Below, in pieces: positions 54,404-63,597 of a DNA stretch of 64,000 bases. The translations under genes and the position numbers were made by a program. The stretch spans positions 49,270 to 113,269 of the forward strand of contig CAVSJI010000002.1 of the NCBI GenBank assembly GCA_963728365.1, given 5' to 3'. Positions within the stretch are counted from its first letter, which is position 1. The number at the start of each line of letters is the position of its first letter. The notes under the pieces are model-generated. The model was not told where the DNA came from, did no database searches, and worked only from the letters and a program-made list of their open reading frames with translations. The stretch is from an uncultured Solirubrobacterales bacterium (GTDB lineage: Bacteria > Actinomycetota > Thermoleophilia > Solirubrobacterales > 70-9).

Positions 54404-55398
54404 AGGCGAACGCGTTCAGCATCCGCTACGAGCAGGTCAAAGCCACGCAGGACGGCGTGCTCAGCGCGCCGGTGACCGAGCTGGCGACGAGCGAGGAGAG
54501 CTCGCGCGGCGACCGGGTCGTCCCCGGAGCGCTGCGCTCCTGGCTCGCCCAGCTGCGCCTGCTGCAGAACCTGCCGTTCGCCTACCTGGCCCCCGACAGC
54601 GACCTGCTGCCGCCGGAGTCGATCCGCTTCTTCCACCTCGACCGCGCCTGGACCGATGCCCTGGTGCAGGGGGCGCTCAGCGTCGGCACGGTGTCGAGCG
54701 CGGACCGGGCCGAGCTCGAGGGCCTCTACAGGTGGATCCGCGACGAGATCGACGAGGAGGAGCGCGCCCTGCGCTCTCGACCCGAGGAGCCGCCCGGCCC
54801 CGGACCGGCCGGACCGATCACCGGCTTCCTGCTGCGCAGCCGCGCCGTTTCCGCCTACCCCGGCCTGCACGTCCGCGCCTACCGCGCGGACACGGTCGAC
54901 GACAAGGAGATCGTCCCCGAATCCGACCCGGACAGGCTGCGACTGCTGCGCCTCGAGCGGCTCGCCCCGGCGGTCCTGCTGGCGCTCTTCGACGGGGTGC
55001 CGAAGCTGGTCCACCTGGAGGAGCCCCGGGTCGGAGTCCAGTTCGGGGTGAGGCTGGAGAAGCCGAAGGACGGCGGCGAGACCCGCTCGGCCTGGGTGCC
55101 GGCGCGCGACGCGAAGACGGCCGAGGCGCTGACGCCGGAGGTGAAGGTTCCGGTGACCTTCCGCAAGGACTCCCCCGGCGTGCTCGACCTGCAACGGACC
55201 GGGGCGGAATTCGCCAACAAGGGCGCCAACCTCAGCGCAGACCTGGATGGCGCCGAGCTCGCCCTGGAGATGATCCGCTACCCCTTTCGCCAGATCTTCG
55301 GCGAGGAGAAGCAGCCCCGGCCGGAGCTCGTCTTCAGGCCGACCATCGGGGCGCGGCTCACCGACCTGATCGTCGCCTTCGGAGGAAAAGATGGCTGA
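54400..55398 (+). CDS. Hypothetical protein (332 aa), third gene of giant operon
   Basis: ATGA overlap, preceded by GAGGAGGA. Blocks LPFAYLAPDSDLLPPESIRFFHLD, GFLLRSRAVSAYPGL, LLALFDGVPKLVHLEEP. Confidence 0.75.
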   Translation: MKANAFSIRYEQVKATQDGVLSAPVTELATSEESSRGDRVVPGALRSWLAQLRLLQNLPFAYLAPDSDLLPPESIRFFHLDRAWTDALVQGALSVGTVSSADRAELEGLYRWIRDEIDEEERALRSRPEEPPGPGPAGPITGFLLRSRAVSAYPGLHVRAYRADTVDDKEIVPESDPDRLRLLRLERLAPAVLLALFDGVPKLVHLEEPRVGVQFGVRLEKPKDGGETRSAWVPARDAKTAEALTPEVKVPVTFRKDSPGVLDLQRTGAEFANKGANLSADLDGAELALEMIRYPFRQIFGEEKQPRPELVFRPTIGARLTDLIVAFGGKDG

Positions 55399-58300
55399 TC
55401 CCAAGGCCCGGCTCAGCGGCGTGAAGATCGACCCAGCCTGGCTGGAGACGGTCAAGCGCCGCGCCCTCGAGGAGGGACTCGCCCGCGCACCGCAGATATC
55501 GCCCCCGCCGCGCCTGCTGGTGCCGATCGACGTGCAGGCTCTCTACGTGCCGGAAGGCAGCGAGGAGTCCTTCGCTCGGCTTCCCTTCGCGCTCGCCGGA
55601 AGGGACGGCGAGCCGCCGCCGGCGATGCCGAAGCCATTCGCCGAGGGCGAACGGCGCGAGCCGGGCGTCCACCTGCGCTGGGCGCTGCCCGATGCCCTGC
55701 TGCGGGGCCGGCTCGAGAACCCCGACGGCGGCAACCGGCTGGCGCTGCCGGCCCTGCCCGACCGCTGGGCCGTGCTGCGCATCCTCGCCCCCAAGGGCGC
55801 CGCCCGGCCGGCGATCGACGGCTGGGTGCTCGACGCCGCCGGCGCTCGGGCGGTGCCGCTCGAGGCCTGGCCCGCCGGCGCCGAAGGGGCGCCGCAGGAG
55901 GGTCGCACGGTGCCGCCGGGGGAGCTGAACGGCAGCGCCGGCGGCTCGCCTGCCTGGACGGCCGTCTACGACGCGACCCGCAATCGCTTCGCCTTCCACG
56001 ACCCGCTCGATGGCCTGCAGGAGCTGGAGCAGAAGAGCGGCGCCGTGGCGAATGCGGCGCTCTACGTGGTCGCCGGCTGGCACTCGGACGAGGCCGCCGA
56101 CCCGCTCGCCGCCGGCGATCCGCCGGCGCCGCTCGCCGAGCGGCTCGGCGAGCTCGGCTGGCGCCTGGCGGGCCACGGCAAGGGCGCCCGCTCGCTCGGC
56201 GGACCGCATCTGACGCTGCTGCAGGGAGAGATCCACGGCGTCCCGGTCCGCGGCGAGGCGGCCACCGACCAGCGCCCCGACCCGACCGCGATCGAGCTCG
56301 CGCTTGGCAGCCACGAGAACGACCTGATCGCCACCCTCGCCGGGCTGAAGACGGCCGAGGACCCCGCCGCTCGCCGCAAGCTCGAGCGGCTGCTCTCGGC
56401 CTTCACCGGCCAGCTTCTCTCGCGACTCGACAGCCCCGACGGCCTGGTCGAGATCGAAGAGCAGGAGCACGGCATGGCGTTCGCCTCGCGACCCGGGGGA
56501 CAGGGCCCGCTCGAGCGCCTGCGCGCCGCCGGGGAAGCGGCGCCGCTGCCGGCGGGGCAGACCGCCCGCTCGCTCGCGGCGAAGCCGTCCGACGCCGACG
56601 GCGCGCCCAAGCCGCGCTCGCGGGCACGCCGCGAGGAGCGCGTCGCCGGGCAGCAATCGCTTACCGGCGACGTCGCCTTCAGCCCGCTGGTGCATTCGCG
56701 CGCCGAGCTCTTCCCGCTCCTCGCCGAGCCCCCCGCCGTCGCGACCGAGATGCTCGCCGCCGCGGAGGGGCGCAACCCGCGCCCCGAGTATTCCGACGAG
56801 CCGCGCGAGCAGCGGCGGCCGGCGCCCCGCTTCCACCACCCGATCGAGCCGCAGGTGGCGGTGCGCGGCCCGAAGCGCAGCCTGATCGCCCACGGCGACG
56901 GTCGCTTCTGGGAGGACGGCAAGCTGGTCTGCCGCTGGCCCTCCCAGACCGCCGAGAGGGTCGGCGACGCGGTCGACGGGAGCGAGCTGATCCCCGAGCT
57001 CGCGGGCGAGGGCCTGCCCGAGGAGGTCCTCGCGGTGGCCCGCGACGCGCTGGTCAAGGACAGCTTCCTGATCGAGTGGCTCGCCGCCGCCGCCGCGAGC
57101 CGGGTCGAGAAGGCAAAGTCGAGCGCGGTGCAGGGAGCGGTGCGCAAGCTGCTGCTGGCCGAGACGGCGATGCGGGTGAGCGCTGCGGGCGTCTTCGACG
57201 GCGGCATCGGCCGAGGCGCGCTCGGGGCGGCGGGCGAAGAGCGGCTCGCGGCGCTCGTCGCCCATGAGCAGGTGCAACCCTTCTCGCGCGTCGACGGCGC
57301 CGAGGTCGACCCGGTCGGGTTGACCATCTGGTCGCAGCCGTGGATCCCGCTCTTCCTCGAGTGGGAGGTCGAGGCGGCCGTCGAGGACCGCTTCGAGGAC
57401 TGGCCGCTGGGCCCGATCGACCTCGAACCGGTCGAGCGCCGGGGAGCCGGCAAACGCCGCAAGATCGCCGGGCGCAGCCTGCTCGGCAGCGGCCCGGCCA
57501 AGACCCTGAAGGCGAGCCTCGACGCCTGGGCGGAAGCGGAGCAGGAGCGCGACAGGGCGGGCGACGGCGAAGCCGACGAAGAGACCGAACGCCTGCTGGC
57601 GAGCCTCGGCGAAACCAGCAGAGACCTCGACGTGGTCGCCGCCGGCCTCGACACGCTGCACGACGAGCTGCTCGGGCTGCCGGTCGAGGACTACGGCGTG
57701 CTCAAGCCGCGCGCCGGAGCGAAGCTGGGCAAGCCGGCACCGGTCGCCGCGCCGCAGCTGACGATCGCCGGCGAGCTGAAGCTGACCAGGGCGCGGCTGG
57801 TCGACGCCTTCGGCCGCACCCTCGAGCTGCCGGTGGACGAAACCCGGACGCCGGCCCGCTCGGCGATCGAGGGGCGACCGGGCGCCCTGCGGGTGCGCCC
57901 GCGCCTGCTGCGCCCGGCGCGCTGGATGCTGCGCTTCGCCGACCCCGCCGATCCGAGCGCCGCAAGCCGCGAGGCGACCCTCGACCAGGTCGAGCCGGCG
58001 CGGACCGTCAACCCGGTGGCCGGCTTCCTGCTCCCCGACCACATCGATGAGGCGCTGGAGGCCTTCGACACGGCCGGACGGCCTCTGGGCCAGCTGATGC
58101 ACGAGCCCTTCGGCGGCGGCGTGATGTGGGAGATCGCCCCGGGGCGCGCCGGGCCGCCGGACGCGCCCCCCGGGCACGACCTGGCCGAGGCCACCCGGAT
58201 CGTCGGCGAGGTCGCCGCCGGGCTGCTGGCGGCCGACGCCCGCGCCCGCGACGGCAAGCCGGCGGGCGAGGAGGAGGACTCGGCCCTGACCGCGCTGCTG

Positions 58301-59095
58301 CGGGCGATCGACACGACGCTCTGGTCGATCGACAGCTTCGCCTCGTTCGGCAACGAGCACATCGCCGGCCTGGTCGGCCGGCCCGTGGCGGTGACCCGCG
58401 CCCTGCTGCGGCTCGAGCTCGACGACGACCTCGACGAGCTCGACCTGAGCGGCGCCAAACGGCGGGCGCTTCGCGAGCGGGCGTACGCCGAGCTGGCCGA
58501 GAAGAGCTTCCCCGTGCGGCTCGGCGAGCTGACCCGCGCCGACGACGGGCTGCTCGGCTTCTTCGTCGACGACGACTACGGCCGCATGCGGGTGGTCGAC
58601 AAGGCGGTCCGCGACGGCGCCCTGGAGAGCGGCCGCTTCCGCGGCCACTTCGGCGCCTACGGCGAGACGCCGCGAGTGCCGCCGACGCGCCCGATCGATC
58701 ATCCGTACCTCGAGGCCGAGGACGAGCTGCGCCTCAAGCCCGGGGAGACGCTGCGGCTGACCCTGCTGATGCACCCGATGGGCAAGTGCCACCTGACCTC
58801 CGGGGTGCTGCCGCGCAAGTCGGTGCAGCTGGCCCGAGACTGGGTCAATCCGGGCCTGGCGGCGATCTCGCCCTCGGTGCGGGTCGGGCCGGTGCTGATC
58901 GAACCCGGCGAGGTGCGGCTGCCGAAGGTCTCCTCGCTGCCCGAGGATCAGCTCTGGACCAGGCGCGACAGCCCCGCCACCTGGAAAGACGACCCGATCG
59001 TCGCTGCCACCCAGGCGGCGCTGCTGCCCAAGCAGCCGGCCGCGATCGAGGAAGGCTACATCCGGGTCGCCCCGCAGAACGGCGCCCAGCCCTGA
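55391..59095 (+). CDS. Hypothetical protein (1234 aa), fourth gene of giant operon
   Basis: ATGGCTGA overlap, preceded by GGAGGA. Blocks VHLRWALPDALLRG, PDRWAVLRI, SQPWIPLFLEWEVE, GFLLPDHIDEALE. Confidence 0.75.
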   Translation: MADPKARLSGVKIDPAWLETVKRRALEEGLARAPQISPPPRLLVPIDVQALYVPEGSEESFARLPFALAGRDGEPPPAMPKPFAEGERREPGVHLRWALPDALLRGRLENPDGGNRLALPALPDRWAVLRILAPKGAARPAIDGWVLDAAGARAVPLEAWPAGAEGAPQEGRTVPPGELNGSAGGSPAWTAVYDATRNRFAFHDPLDGLQELEQKSGAVANAALYVVAGWHSDEAADPLAAGDPPAPLAERLGELGWRLAGHGKGARSLGGPHLTLLQGEIHGVPVRGEAATDQRPDPTAIELALGSHENDLIATLAGLKTAEDPAARRKLERLLSAFTGQLLSRLDSPDGLVEIEEQEHGMAFASRPGGQGPLERLRAAGEAAPLPAGQTARSLAAKPSDADGAPKPRSRARREERVAGQQSLTGDVAFSPLVHSRAELFPLLAEPPAVATEMLAAAEGRNPRPEYSDEPREQRRPAPRFHHPIEPQVAVRGPKRSLIAHGDGRFWEDGKLVCRWPSQTAERVGDAVDGSELIPELAGEGLPEEVLAVARDALVKDSFLIEWLAAAAASRVEKAKSSAVQGAVRKLLLAETAMRVSAAGVFDGGIGRGALGAAGEERLAALVAHEQVQPFSRVDGAEVDPVGLTIWSQPWIPLFLEWEVEAAVEDRFEDWPLGPIDLEPVERRGAGKRRKIAGRSLLGSGPAKTLKASLDAWAEAEQERDRAGDGEADEETERLLASLGETSRDLDVVAAGLDTLHDELLGLPVEDYGVLKPRAGAKLGKPAPVAAPQLTIAGELKLTRARLVDAFGRTLELPVDETRTPARSAIEGRPGALRVRPRLLRPARWMLRFADPADPSAASREATLDQVEPARTVNPVAGFLLPDHIDEALEAFDTAGRPLGQLMHEPFGGGVMWEIAPGRAGPPDAPPGHDLAEATRIVGEVAAGLLAADARARDGKPAGEEEDSALTALLRAIDTTLWSIDSFASFGNEHIAGLVGRPVAVTRALLRLELDDDLDELDLSGAKRRALRERAYAELAEKSFPVRLGELTRADDGLLGFFVDDDYGRMRVVDKAVRDGALESGRFRGHFGAYGETPRVPPTRPIDHPYLEAEDELRLKPGETLRLTLLMHPMGKCHLTSGVLPRKSVQLARDWVNPGLAAISPSVRVGPVLIEPGEVRLPKVSSLPEDQLWTRRDSPATWKDDPIVAATQAALLPKQPAAIEEGYIRVAPQNGAQP

Positions 59096-59111
59096 TTCGG
59101 GATCGGCGCGC

Positions 59112-60914
59112 TCAGCGGTCGAGCACGTTGCAGACGCCGACCGACGTGCCACCCGAGGCGCCGATGTCGACCGAGCTGCCCCCCACCCAGATCGAGTTGG
59201 CGTCGAGCATCGGGAAGGAGATGAAGGCGGCGGCGGCCCCCTCGGTGACGCCGGCGGTGCCGTAGCTGAGCACGGTCAGCCGGCAGAGGGCGCCGTCGAA
59301 GTCGTCGATCGTCGCCGCGTAGGGAACCTTGAACGCGGTCCACGCCGCCTGCGGGTCGGCGCCGGGCAGCGTGAGGCCGATGACCAGGCCGTAGCCGACG
59401 TACTTGAAGCGCCAGCGGGTGTCGGGGTCGTCAGGACGGCGGATCTCACCGTCGGCGGTCATCACCCCGACCTCCTCCCCGGCGCTGGCGCTGGCGACCA
59501 GCCTGATTTCCCAATCGTTCGGGTGCGCGGCCGGCGCCGGCGGGGTCTGCTCGGGCAGCAGGTTCGCGGCGACCCGCATATAGCACTCCAGCTCGACGCT
59601 GCGGTTGAGCGGCTCCTCGCGGCCGATCCGGTCCTCGATCGGATCGCTCGAGCCAAGGCCGCGGGGCGGTTCGCCGATGCGGTCGGCGATCGGCGCGAGA
59701 TGGTTGGCGGCCGCTTCGGCGCGGAGCAGCGAGAGCTCCTGGTTGACCGGCTCACCCCCGGTCTGGCTGGCGCGGCCGAGAATCCGCTCGATGCGCAGGT
59801 CTTCGACGTTGGAGCCGTTCGCTTCGGCGACGATCCGGTCGAGGATTTCGACGTGCTTCGGCTTGAGATCGGTTCCGTAGACGTCGAAGTTGGCGAGCAG
59901 CACCCGCCCTCCCGCCCAGCTGGCGCCCGCGCCCTGCGGCACGTCGATCTCGCGGTAGTAGGCCGTCCCCGGGCCGGTCGACACCGGCGTCCGTTTTCCG
60001 GGGGGAGCGTCCGGCACGCCGTCGCCGCCATCGTCGTCACCGCCCTCCACCAGGCCCAGCTCCCGCCGGGTTTCGGGGCCGACCCTGCCGTCCACGTTCA
60101 GGCCCCGAGCTTCCTGGAAGGCGCGCACCGCTTCCTCGGTGCGTTTGCCGAACTTGCCGTCGACTTTGCCCGGGTCGAAGCCGGCTTCCTCGAGCGCCCG
60201 CTGCGCGTCTTCGACCGCTTTCCCCTCGGAGCCGCGGCTCAGGACCGAGCCGCTCGCCGCGCCGTGACCCGGGCGGCGGGCGCCCTGGCCGAGCCAGCGC
60301 CCGAAGTGCTCCTCACCGAGGCGGCAGCGGTTGCGGTCGACCCCGCCGCCGATCCCCTGCAGCGACCCTTTCGAGCTGTACTGCCAGATCAGGGCTTCCG
60401 GCCAGGCCTCGGGGACGTAGCGGTCCGGGACCCAGCCGTCGTCGTTGGCCTGCACGTAGGCGGGCAGCCAGAGGGGGCAGCCGAGGTCGTCCCGCGAGGC
60501 GATCACGTCGCGCCAGAAGTGGCCGCTGTAGATCAGCAGCCGCTGGTCGGGAAAGCGAGTCCGGACCGCCTCCACCCAGGCGGCGGCAGCGGCGTGGATC
60601 TCGGCGCCGCTGCGCTCGTCCTGCTTCTCGATGTCCAGCGCGAAGAAGTCCCCCGCCTGGACGCCGCCTTCGTCGATCCGGTCGCCGAAGTTGGTGGCCT
60701 GCGCCTCCGGCGTGGAGGTCATGCGCAGGAAGTGGTAGGCGCCCCGAAAGGGGATCTCGGATTCGCCGATTCCCGCCCAGTTCGCCGCGAAGCGCGAATC
60801 GGTGAAATCAGACCCCTCGGTCGCCTTGGCAATCGCAAATGAGATGCCCTGCCCGCGCAGGGACTCCCAGGCGACCTCGCCCTGGTGGTGCGAGACGTCG
60901 AGGCCCTCGATCAT
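59112..60914 (-). CDS. GH25 muramidase + peptidoglycan-binding (PG_binding_1-like) + OmpA-like domain + unassigned C-terminal domain; no signal peptide
   Basis: MIEGLDVSHHQGEVAW...FAIAKATEG...YHF...DIE (GH25). GKAVEDAQRALEEAGFDPGKVDGKFGKRTEEAVRAFQ (PG binding). ILGRASQTGGEPVNQELSLLRAEAAANHL (OmpA_C-like). ATG 60914 is preceded by AGGAGG. Confidence 0.8.
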   Translation of the reverse strand: MIEGLDVSHHQGEVAWESLRGQGISFAIAKATEGSDFTDSRFAANWAGIGESEIPFRGAYHFLRMTSTPEAQATNFGDRIDEGGVQAGDFFALDIEKQDERSGAEIHAAAAAWVEAVRTRFPDQRLLIYSGHFWRDVIASRDDLGCPLWLPAYVQANDDGWVPDRYVPEAWPEALIWQYSSKGSLQGIGGGVDRNRCRLGEEHFGRWLGQGARRPGHGAASGSVLSRGSEGKAVEDAQRALEEAGFDPGKVDGKFGKRTEEAVRAFQEARGLNVDGRVGPETRRELGLVEGGDDDGGDGVPDAPPGKRTPVSTGPGTAYYREIDVPQGAGASWAGGRVLLANFDVYGTDLKPKHVEILDRIVAEANGSNVEDLRIERILGRASQTGGEPVNQELSLLRAEAAANHLAPIADRIGEPPRGLGSSDPIEDRIGREEPLNRSVELECYMRVAANLLPEQTPPAPAAHPNDWEIRLVASASAGEEVGVMTADGEIRRPDDPDTRWRFKYVGYGLVIGLTLPGADPQAAWTAFKVPYAATIDDFDGALCRLTVLSYGTAGVTEGAAAAFISFPMLDANSIWVGGSSVDIGASGGTSVGVCNVLDR

Positions 60915-61031
60915 CGATCTCCTCCTGTCGGCGTGACCTAGCCGGCGCGATGGCCGACTCCTCAAGATCTATCGAACCAAACCGCCGGGGCGGCGGCCAA
61001 GGGCTCTGGACGGTTGTCGGAGAGGCTGGCG

Positions 61032-61937
61032 TCAGGCAGGCGCCAGGATCGAGAAGTGGCCGAAGTCGGCACCGCGCACCGGCTCGCCGAAGAAGCCCAG
61101 TGAGGGGGTCGTCGCGACCTCGCCGGCGGCGAGCGCCTCCGCCGCGTCGGCGAGTTCGGTCAGGAAGGCGGGCGGCACGCTCGGCCGCAGGCAGTGCGCG
61201 GTGTAGATCGTGCGCAGGGCGCCGGCGAGCTCATCGGCGAGGCGGCGGGTGCTGGCGACGAAGTCGGCGAGGTCGGCGCCCGGCTCGTAGACGAGGTGCG
61301 GGCCGTAGTAGGCCTGGTCCTGGGCCCAGAGCACGCCCGCCCTCTCGTCGAGCAGGCAGATGTGGTCGGGAGCGTGGCCGGGGGTGTGGATCACGCGCAG
61401 GATGCGGCCGCCGAGGTCGATCTGCTCGCCCTCGTCAAGCAGGCGCGTCGGCGGCGGCGGCTCGATCCGCCAGCCGTGGGCGGCGATCCCCGCCGCCGGC
61501 CAGGGCCGCATCTGCTCGTCGGGCCCGATCAGGAAGAAGTCGGTGCGGTCGGCGGCCAGCAGCCGCTCATAGGAAGCCTCCATCTCGGGGATCAGGTCGG
61601 GATAGGCGGCCAGCTGCCCGGGCTCGCAGCCCGCCGCGATCCACTCCGGCCCGAGCTCGTGCATCGCCACCTCAGCGAACAGCTCGTTGCCGCCGACGTG
61701 GTCGAAGTGAACGTGCGAGTTGACCACCAGCGGCTCCTCCTCCTGGACCGAGGCGACCGCCGCCGAGATGTCAGCCAGCCCCATCCCGGTGTCAAGCAAC
61801 ACCGCCCGCTCCCCACCCTCGATCAACCAGCTGTTCACATGCCCCGGCTCCCCGATCAGGCAAACGCCCGGCTCCAGCCGAGAGACCCTGAACCAGGAAT
61901 CGGCGTCAGCGGGGAAGTGGTGGGATGATCGCGCCAT
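61032..61937 (-). CDS. Metallo-beta-lactamase-fold hydrolase
   Basis: VVNSHVHFDHVGGN (HxHxDH) and IHTPGHAPDH. The start ATG overlaps the upstream stop (TGATG). Confidence 0.85.
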   Translation of the reverse strand: MARSSHHFPADADSWFRVSRLEPGVCLIGEPGHVNSWLIEGGERAVLLDTGMGLADISAAVASVQEEEPLVVNSHVHFDHVGGNELFAEVAMHELGPEWIAAGCEPGQLAAYPDLIPEMEASYERLLAADRTDFFLIGPDEQMRPWPAAGIAAHGWRIEPPPPTRLLDEGEQIDLGGRILRVIHTPGHAPDHICLLDERAGVLWAQDQAYYGPHLVYEPGADLADFVASTRRLADELAGALRTIYTAHCLRPSVPPAFLTELADAAEALAAGEVATTPSLGFFGEPVRGADFGHFSILAPA

Positions 61938-62704
61938 CAGCCGCCACCATCGATCAGCCCGGCGAGGGTCTCGCCCGAGAGCACCGACTCCGGTCGTTCC
62001 CCGACCACATCGGAGCCGGGCAGCGCCTCGTCGTCGCGGCGCTTGATCAGCAGCCACTGCGGCTTGGCGCCCGGCCGGGTGCGCTGCAGGGCGAAGCCGC
62101 CGCGCAGCTTCTCGCCGCGCAGCACGAAGACAGCATGGCCGCGCTCCAACGCCTCCGGCCACGGCACCCGGCCGCCCTGCTCGTAGCCGCCGCGGTCCCA
62201 GACGATCACGCCGCCGCCCTCGGCGCGTCCCTCGAACTCGTTGTGGGCGACATCGTGATCCTCGACCTGAACGGCCAGCCGTTTGACCGCCGGGTCCATC
62301 GACGGCCCCTTGGGCACCGCCCAGGAGCGCATCGCGCCATCGACCTCGAGCCGTAGGTCGTAGTGATGAGCCGTCGCCTGGTGCTCCTGGACGACGAAGG
62401 CGCCGGCGACGACGCCGCGGACCGCGAACTGCTCGTGGCCCTCGTCCTTCGCCTCCTCCACGTCCACCGAGGCGACCTCCGCCGACGGCGGGCCCTCGCG
62501 CAGGAAGCTGAGCAGCTCCTCGACGGCCGCCGCATCGCCCTCGGCATGGACCGCCACCGTGCCGTCCCCGGCGTTGCGCACCCAGCCGCCGACGCCGAGC
62601 GCCAGCGCTCGCTCGCGGGTCGAGTCGCGGAAGAAGACTCCCTGCACCCGACCGCGAACCACGGCCCGCACCGCCCTCCGATCGTCGCCAGGCCGCTTGC
62701 CCAT
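61937..62704 (-). CDS. Acylphosphatase domain fused to LigD-type 3'-phosphoesterase domain
   Basis: VRGRVQGVFFRDSTRERA..GWVRNAGDGTV (acylphosphatase), then FVVQEHQATAHHYDLRLE...SWAVPKGPS...FALQRT (LigD PE). Confidence 0.75.
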   Translation of the reverse strand: MGKRPGDDRRAVRAVVRGRVQGVFFRDSTRERALALGVGGWVRNAGDGTVAVHAEGDAAAVEELLSFLREGPPSAEVASVDVEEAKDEGHEQFAVRGVVAGAFVVQEHQATAHHYDLRLEVDGAMRSWAVPKGPSMDPAVKRLAVQVEDHDVAHNEFEGRAEGGGVIVWDRGGYEQGGRVPWPEALERGHAVFVLRGEKLRGGFALQRTRPGAKPQWLLIKRRDDEALPGSDVVGERPESVLSGETLAGLIDGGG

Positions 62705-62797
62705 TGCCGAAGGCTACGCCGCCCGGTTTCGAACCGCGCGCGGCCGGGGTACTTTGGTGGGCGAACCGCGACACACCCTCGAGCGAATGGAGGACGG

Positions 62798-63313
62798 ATG
62801 GAGGCTTCAACGCACTCGCCGAGCAAGGGAATCTTCGACAGCGCCAACCTGGAGCGGCGGGAACAGATCGTCGCGCTGTTGCAGAAGGCGTACTGGATGG
62901 AGTTGGAGACGGTGATGAGCTACATCGCCGCCTCGGTCAATCTCGACGGGGTGCGAGCGCAGGAGATCAAGGAGTCGCTCGCCACCGACGTCGAAGAGGA
63001 GCTCGGCCACGCAAAGCGCTTCGCCGACCGGATCAAGGAGCTCTACGGGGTGGTGCCCGGCTCGGAAGATTTCGAGGCCGAGCAGAGCTTCCTGCAGCCA
63101 CCCGCCGAGCAGACCGACACCGTCCACGTGATCCGCGGCGTGATCAAGGCCGAGACCGGCGCGATCGAGCACTACACGCGGCTCGTCGAGGAGACCGACA
63201 GCATCGACCCGGTCACCCAGGACATGACGATCGAGATCCTCCGCGACGAGCAGGGCCACCGCCGCCTCTTCGAGGGCTTCCTGCGCGAGTACGAGTTCGA
63301 AGGCGCCGCCTGA
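62798..63313 (+). CDS. Ferritin-like (bacterioferritin/rubrerythrin-fold) protein
   Basis: Di-iron-type E..EE..H pairs: ATDVEEELGHAKRFADRI and EILRDEQGHRRLF. ATG 62798 is preceded by GGAGGA. Confidence 0.7.
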   Translation: MEASTHSPSKGIFDSANLERREQIVALLQKAYWMELETVMSYIAASVNLDGVRAQEIKESLATDVEEELGHAKRFADRIKELYGVVPGSEDFEAEQSFLQPPAEQTDTVHVIRGVIKAETGAIEHYTRLVEETDSIDPVTQDMTIEILRDEQGHRRLFEGFLREYEFEGAA

Positions 63314-63322
63314 GGGGCGGCG

Positions 63323-63544
63323 TCAGGCCGAGGGAAACGAGCCTTGATCCGGTAGGCGCCGCGGCGGCTCCGCTCCCAGCGCGCTCGCCACCACCGGCAG
63401 CCACTCGCGCACGGGCGCCGGCACATCGTCGACGACGTGGAGCGAGACCTCCCACCGCTTGAAGGTGCCATCGACGAGCTGCTGGATAGCAGCTGACGTC
63501 AGGTGCTCGGCGAGATACAGGTCGAACCCGGTGGCGCGGGTCAA
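63323..63544 (-). CDS. Possible small hypothetical protein (73 aa, TTG start) or 3' remnant of a disrupted gene
   Basis: High GC3 holds only downstream of the AT-rich patch. No motif, weak RBS. Confidence 0.3.
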   Translation of the reverse strand: MTRATGFDLYLAEHLTSAAIQQLVDGTFKRWEVSLHVVDDVPAPVREWLPVVASALGAEPPRRLPDQGSFPSA

Positions 63545-63565
63545 GCCTGACCTGAATTCGCTCGG

Positions 63566-63597
63566 AAATATATACTGATATTGATATATTCCTTCCA
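63566..63597. promoter_or_regulatory. AT-rich palindromic promoter/operator patch
   Basis: AATATAT (63567-63573) and ATATATT (63584-63590) are inverted arms with a 10-nt spacer. TATACT and TATATT -10-like hexamers are present. TATATT ends 7 nt before GTG 63598, a leaderless-type layout. Confidence 0.45.

Noticed and set aside
55358-59152. 1264-aa minus-strand ORF antisense to giant-operon ORF4 (also 49635-52595 and 44226-46070 antisense to ORF1)
   Set aside because: The composition is dominated by R, G, A, Q and H, with runs such as RRRR. The plus-strand frames have G/C-rich third positions, balanced composition, RBSs and start/stop coupling between neighbours.
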